A DNA stretch of 52,036 nucleotides, filler included, from Jimgerdemannia flammicorona (lineage: Eukaryota), in assembly GCA_003990765.1 (NCBI GenBank). It is 2 parts of 2 records of this genome, joined end to end, with 100 filler letters (N's around TTAATTAATTAA, not from the genome) between each part and the next. Parts side by side here need not be neighbours in the genome. Positions count along the whole stretch, not along the records: positions 26,073 to 52,036 come from RBNJ01000773.1; 1 more part is not named here. One strand, 5' to 3'. Every line of letters begins with the position of its first letter. Within the stretch, counting starts at the first letter, position 1. A program made the position numbers and the translations under genes. Below are positions 48,101 to 52,036 of this stretch, in pieces. A model generated the notes under the pieces. It did no database searches. It saw only the letters and a list, made by a program, of their open reading frames with translations, and was not told where the DNA came from.

Positions 48101-49253
48101 AGAGGGGGCCTTGGTAGTGGTGGTGGCAAAGGAATAGACTTCAGCATGAGCAGCAGCATGAGCTTCAGTGCAAATCACCTCAGTGACTGAAACCTCAGGG
48201 GAGGCAGGTAGAGGAGCAGTGGCGGCAGCACAAGCAGAAGTGGTGGCATGAGATGACTCTTGCTCATGAAGACAAGTGACAAAGGAAGTGCCAGCGAGGA
48301 GGAAATGATATATGGTATCAATGTCGGCAGCAACAGAAGGAATTTCATGGATGGCAAAGCTACAGAAAGGGGCAGCATCCAAGAGGCAAGAGAAGGCGAA
48401 GGCCACAAAAGTGGTATAGACACATCAGAACATCAGTGGCAGCAAGCTTGGCAGTGGCAGTGGCAGCACGAATCTCTTCAGAGAGAGCTTGGCGGCAGGC
48501 CTCAGGGAGAACAGAATAGCAAATAGCAGGTGGAGCGATGACATCGATGTCATGGCAGAGATGAGCCTCCTTGGCAGAGAGGGCAAGAACTGACCGGAAC
48601 TAGGAGAGGAGTGGATGACCAGAAGGACGAAGGTCCAGGGGGAGGGAGAGAATGGTGGACGAGACATAAGCCTTGAATGAGACAGTGGTGGGGGTGAAGG
48701 CAGGGGGAGGAGGAGGAGGAACCTCATCCATGACCTCGTCGATGAGGACGGAGGCCCTGAGGGCAGGCAGTACAGCAGAGGAGGAAGAAGGCCCAGTGGG
48801 AGCCATGGGAGTGAACTCAGAGCCAGTGTCAAAGTGAATAGAAGACATATGGAAAAGCATATATAGGGGGGATGAATAAAGAACATAACCGAAATTGCAT
48901 CAGCCATTTATTGCCATGTAAAAACGCAGTCCTTATATACAAAATATGATATCCCAAAAGAGAGGATGTGCCACAACTCAGGGTGAACTGAATTAGGAAC
49001 CACATGACCATCAGAGATAGGTGGAGATAAGAGGGAAGCCAATCCTAGTTGCAGGATAAAAATCACAAACAAACACAAACAAAACAAATCCAAATTGAGA
49101 TTAAAAAACATCTGCAGACCCTGGAGGGGTGAGCATGAGTGAGGAGTGAGGCTGAAACAGAGTGAGCCACAGTGAACTCAAGCGAAGTGAGGGGCCGAAG
49201 AAAGTGGAGGGGAGCAGAGTAAGGCCGAGACCCCGGAGCGAGCGCAAGACCCT
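45156..49253 (-). mobile_element. Penelope-like retroelement (PLE), apparently endonuclease-deficient: ORF1 plus RT, with ~480-bp terminal direct repeat
   Basis: PLE RT motifs LSLGPHF, SNWVPP, DKNQG, FYALPKVHKP..HPI, GIAIGMNCAPTLANL, RQYINDF (YIDD decayed), PFLDL, FLSNHPRH. No GIY-YIG seen before or after RT. 45156-45634 repeats 48776-49253. Confidence 0.88.
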
Positions 49254-52023
49254 CCAGGGTCTGCAGATGTTTTTTAATCTCGATTTGGATTTGTTTTGTT
49301 TGTATTTGTTTGTGATTTTTATCCTGCAACTGGGATTGGCTCCCCTCTTATCTCCACCTATCTCTAGCAGTCATGTGGTTCTTAATTCGGTTCGCCCCGA
49401 GTTGTGGCACATCCTCTCTTTTGGAATGTCGTATTTTGTATATAAGGACTGTGTTTTTATGTGGCAATAAATAGCTGATGCAATTTCGGTTATATTCTTT
49501 ATTCATCCCCCCTATACATGCTTTTCCACATGTCTTCTATTCACTTTGACACTGGCTCTGGGTTCACTCCCATGGCTCCCGCTGGACCTTCTTCCTCCTC
49601 TGCTATACCACCTGCCCTCAGGGCCTCCATCCTTGTTGATGAGGTCATGGATGAGATTCCTCCTCCTCCTCCCCCTGCCTTCACCCCCACCACTGTCTCA
49701 TTCAAGGCTTATGTCTCATCTGCCATTCTCTCCCTCCCCCTGGACCTTCGTCCTTTTGGTCATCTGCTCCTCTCCCAGTTCTGGTCAGTTCTTGCCCTCT
49801 CTGCCAAGGAGGCTCATCTCCGCCATGACATCGACATCATTGCTCTGCCTGCCATTTGCTATTCCGTTCTCCCCAAGGCTCACTGCCAAGCTCTCTCTGA
49901 AGTGGTTTGTGCCACCACTGTCACCACCAAGCTTGTCGCTACTGATGCTGCCACTGCTTCCACCGCCACCACTTCTGCCTCTTTCTGATGTGCCTGTGCC
50001 GCTTTCGTGGCCTTCACCTCCTCTCACCTCTTGGATGCTGCCCCTTTCTGTGGCTTTGCCATCCATGAAGTTCCTTCTGTCGCTACTGACATTGACACCA
50101 TATGTTATTTCCTCCTTGCCGGCACTTACTTCATCACTCGTCTTCATGAGCAAGAGTGATCTCATGCCGCCACTTCTGCTTGCACTGCTGCCACTGCTCC
50201 TCTACCTGCCTCCCCTGAGGTTTCGGTCTCCGAGGCCATTCGTACCAAAGCTTGTGCTGCTGCTTGTGCTGAGGTCCATTCCTTCACTGCCGCCACTGCC
50301 AAGGCCCCCTCCAAGACCCCTGCCAAGGCCTCCACCAAGCCCAACCAGGCTTTGTCAGCCTCTTCTCAGTCCCCCTCCCCCACCAAGGCTTCCTCCTCTA
50401 TTCCACCTACCCCTAAACACAGCCACCAACTTGGTTCTCACCCTGTCAGGGCCTGGCCTTGTGCTGTCTGCTCTGGTTGCCTCCACCATGCCTACTGGTA
50501 CCCAGCCAAGTCTATCTGTCCTCATGGTGGTGTTCCTTGTGCTGCTGCCCCTTTGGCTGCTCCCTCACCTTTCACTTCCTCTGCTGGCTCCTCCTCTGCC
50601 TCCTCCACCCATGCCCCTGAATGTAAGGGCTGCACAAAAGCCTGTGGCCACCAGGTCTGGCACTCTGACAGGGTGTGCTCCCATTTGTTGGGTTCACCAC
50701 CTTCCAAAAAAGTCAGAGGGAAGGGGAAGACCTCCTACTCTTAAACTTTCCCCCAGCATGGTTCTCCCCCAGTGTCTCCATCTCTTCTCGGATCCTGTCA
50801 TCACTTCTGGTGCACCCTGAGTGGTTCCTCACATTGACCCCCCTTTGCCTTTCCCAGTTGCTTGTCCTGAACTTTTGGGTTTATTCTTCTCTTGGAATAC
50901 TTTTATCTCCTCCTTTTTCTTTGGCTGACTGCCCTCTTTCTCCCCTTTAAGTCTTTGCCTTATTCTTGGGTCCTTGCTTTGTTTTTCCTGTGACTCTCTC
51001 ACAATTCTCCTTCACCAATCCAGCTCGTCTCACATATTTTTGTTGTGCTCTTGACCTTGCCATCTTCTTCAAGGATCATGGTGAGATGCCCTCTCACTAT
51101 TTTGTTCCCAGCAATTGGATCCCCCCTCCCAATGTCTCTTCACACTGCGTATTCCTCGACATGGCTTGCTTGCTGTCCATTCCCAGATGTGCTCACTTTT
51201 GCTTGGTTTCGGACTGTGCTATGCATACTATGCTTAAATTGGTCAAGCAATTGCCTATGCATTTGCTCACAGTCACTGATAAGAATCAGGGTTTTGCACT
51301 TATTCCTAAGTTGCTCTACCTTGATGGCCTTTCTGCCCTCCTTCAAGCTGTGGCTTACAAGCCTAGCACTCTTAGATTGGATGAGGTTCTCATTCTTCTA
51401 TAGGCTTCTCTGGCTCATGCCAGATCACTTTCGGATTCCCCATTTGCAAATCCCATTTTTAACTTCTTTCAGGACTCTTTGTCCTCTTTGGGCATTTGTC
51501 TTCTGATCTTTTATGCCCTTCCTAAAGTTCACAAGCCTATTTTGGCTTGGCATCCCATTACAGCTGCTTATAATTCCCCTACTACTAAGATTTCAAAGTG
51601 GTTATCCCGCTTCTTTCTCTCCTGGATGGCTCTTTTACAATACCATCTTAGACCTGAGTATACTATTCTTCATGATACTCAAGAGCTCGCCCTTCTCTGC
51701 TCCACCATTGTGTCTGTTCACCATTTTTCCCATTTGGCCTCTGGTAATTTTTCCTCTTTCTACACTGCTATTCATTTTGATGAGATTGATGACTGCCTTT
51801 ATTTCTTGGGTTCCATTGCCTTTCCTTTGGACTCTCCAGTCTCATTGACTTCCATTATTGAGCTTACACTCCTCATCTGTAGCTCTAATTACTTTGAGTC
51901 AGCCCTTGGCTCCTTTCACCAGACTTCTGATATTGCCATGGGTACGAATTGTGCCCCCACCCTTGCCAACCTTGTTGGCCTGGCCCATGAACTTCATGTG
52001 ATATGTGATCTTTCTTCACCTCT
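49250..52023 (+). mobile_element. Second, inverted copy of the PLE (head-to-head), cut by the contig end
   Basis: Reverse complement of ~46390-49128. Same ORF1 (MSSIHFDTGS..PPPPPPAFTP) and RT N-terminus (DKNQG, IAMGTNCAPTLANL). Confidence 0.92.
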
Positions 52024-52036
52024 TTTTTTTTTTTTT

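Noticed and set aside
48776..49500. Hammerhead ribozyme in the PLE terminal repeat
   Set aside because: CTGATG and CGAAA occur, but not in the CUGANGA...GAAA order on one strand with flanking stems. An Infernal search could still find a variant.
49546..50820. 424-aa Leu/Pro-rich ORF as a membrane protein
   Set aside because: Alternative frame over PLE ORF1 in C/T-rich sequence; it is broken in the other copy.

Overview
Eukaryotic, fungal-type DNA with GT-AG introns. The HRDLHxGN-type kinase, Sel1/ankyrin expansion and TE content suggest Mucoromycota, possibly Endogonales (inference). The window is two contigs joined by an artificial N-TTAATTAATTAA-N linker (25973-26072), so the halves may not be neighbours. 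Left contig: a decayed dUTPase-carrying Ty3/Gypsy element, an intact 3-exon GH31 glycosidase, an 8-exon tyrosine-kinase-like kinase fused to MIR domains, a 1.7-kb mini-Copia with TSD, a hyper-AT-rich block, a second dUTPase-Gypsy preceded by a long relic ORF, and a hAT transposon inserted in its integrase. Right contig: a Gypsy-like 3' end/LTR, an intronless Ras-like gene with a destroyed P-loop, an ankyrin fragment, and a large NLR-like pseudogene (NB-ARC C-terminal part - Sel1 - about 25 ankyrins - ZZ finger). That pseudogene is split by a 10-kb Copia element (TSD AGGAG) which itself carries an Ngaro tyrosine-recombinase retrotransposon. It is cut at its 5' side by an endonuclease-less Penelope-like element forming a >5.6-kb head-to-head palindrome. 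TE interiors show heavy C-to-T decay with sharp CpG boundaries. All calls were made by eye from motifs; no searches were run.
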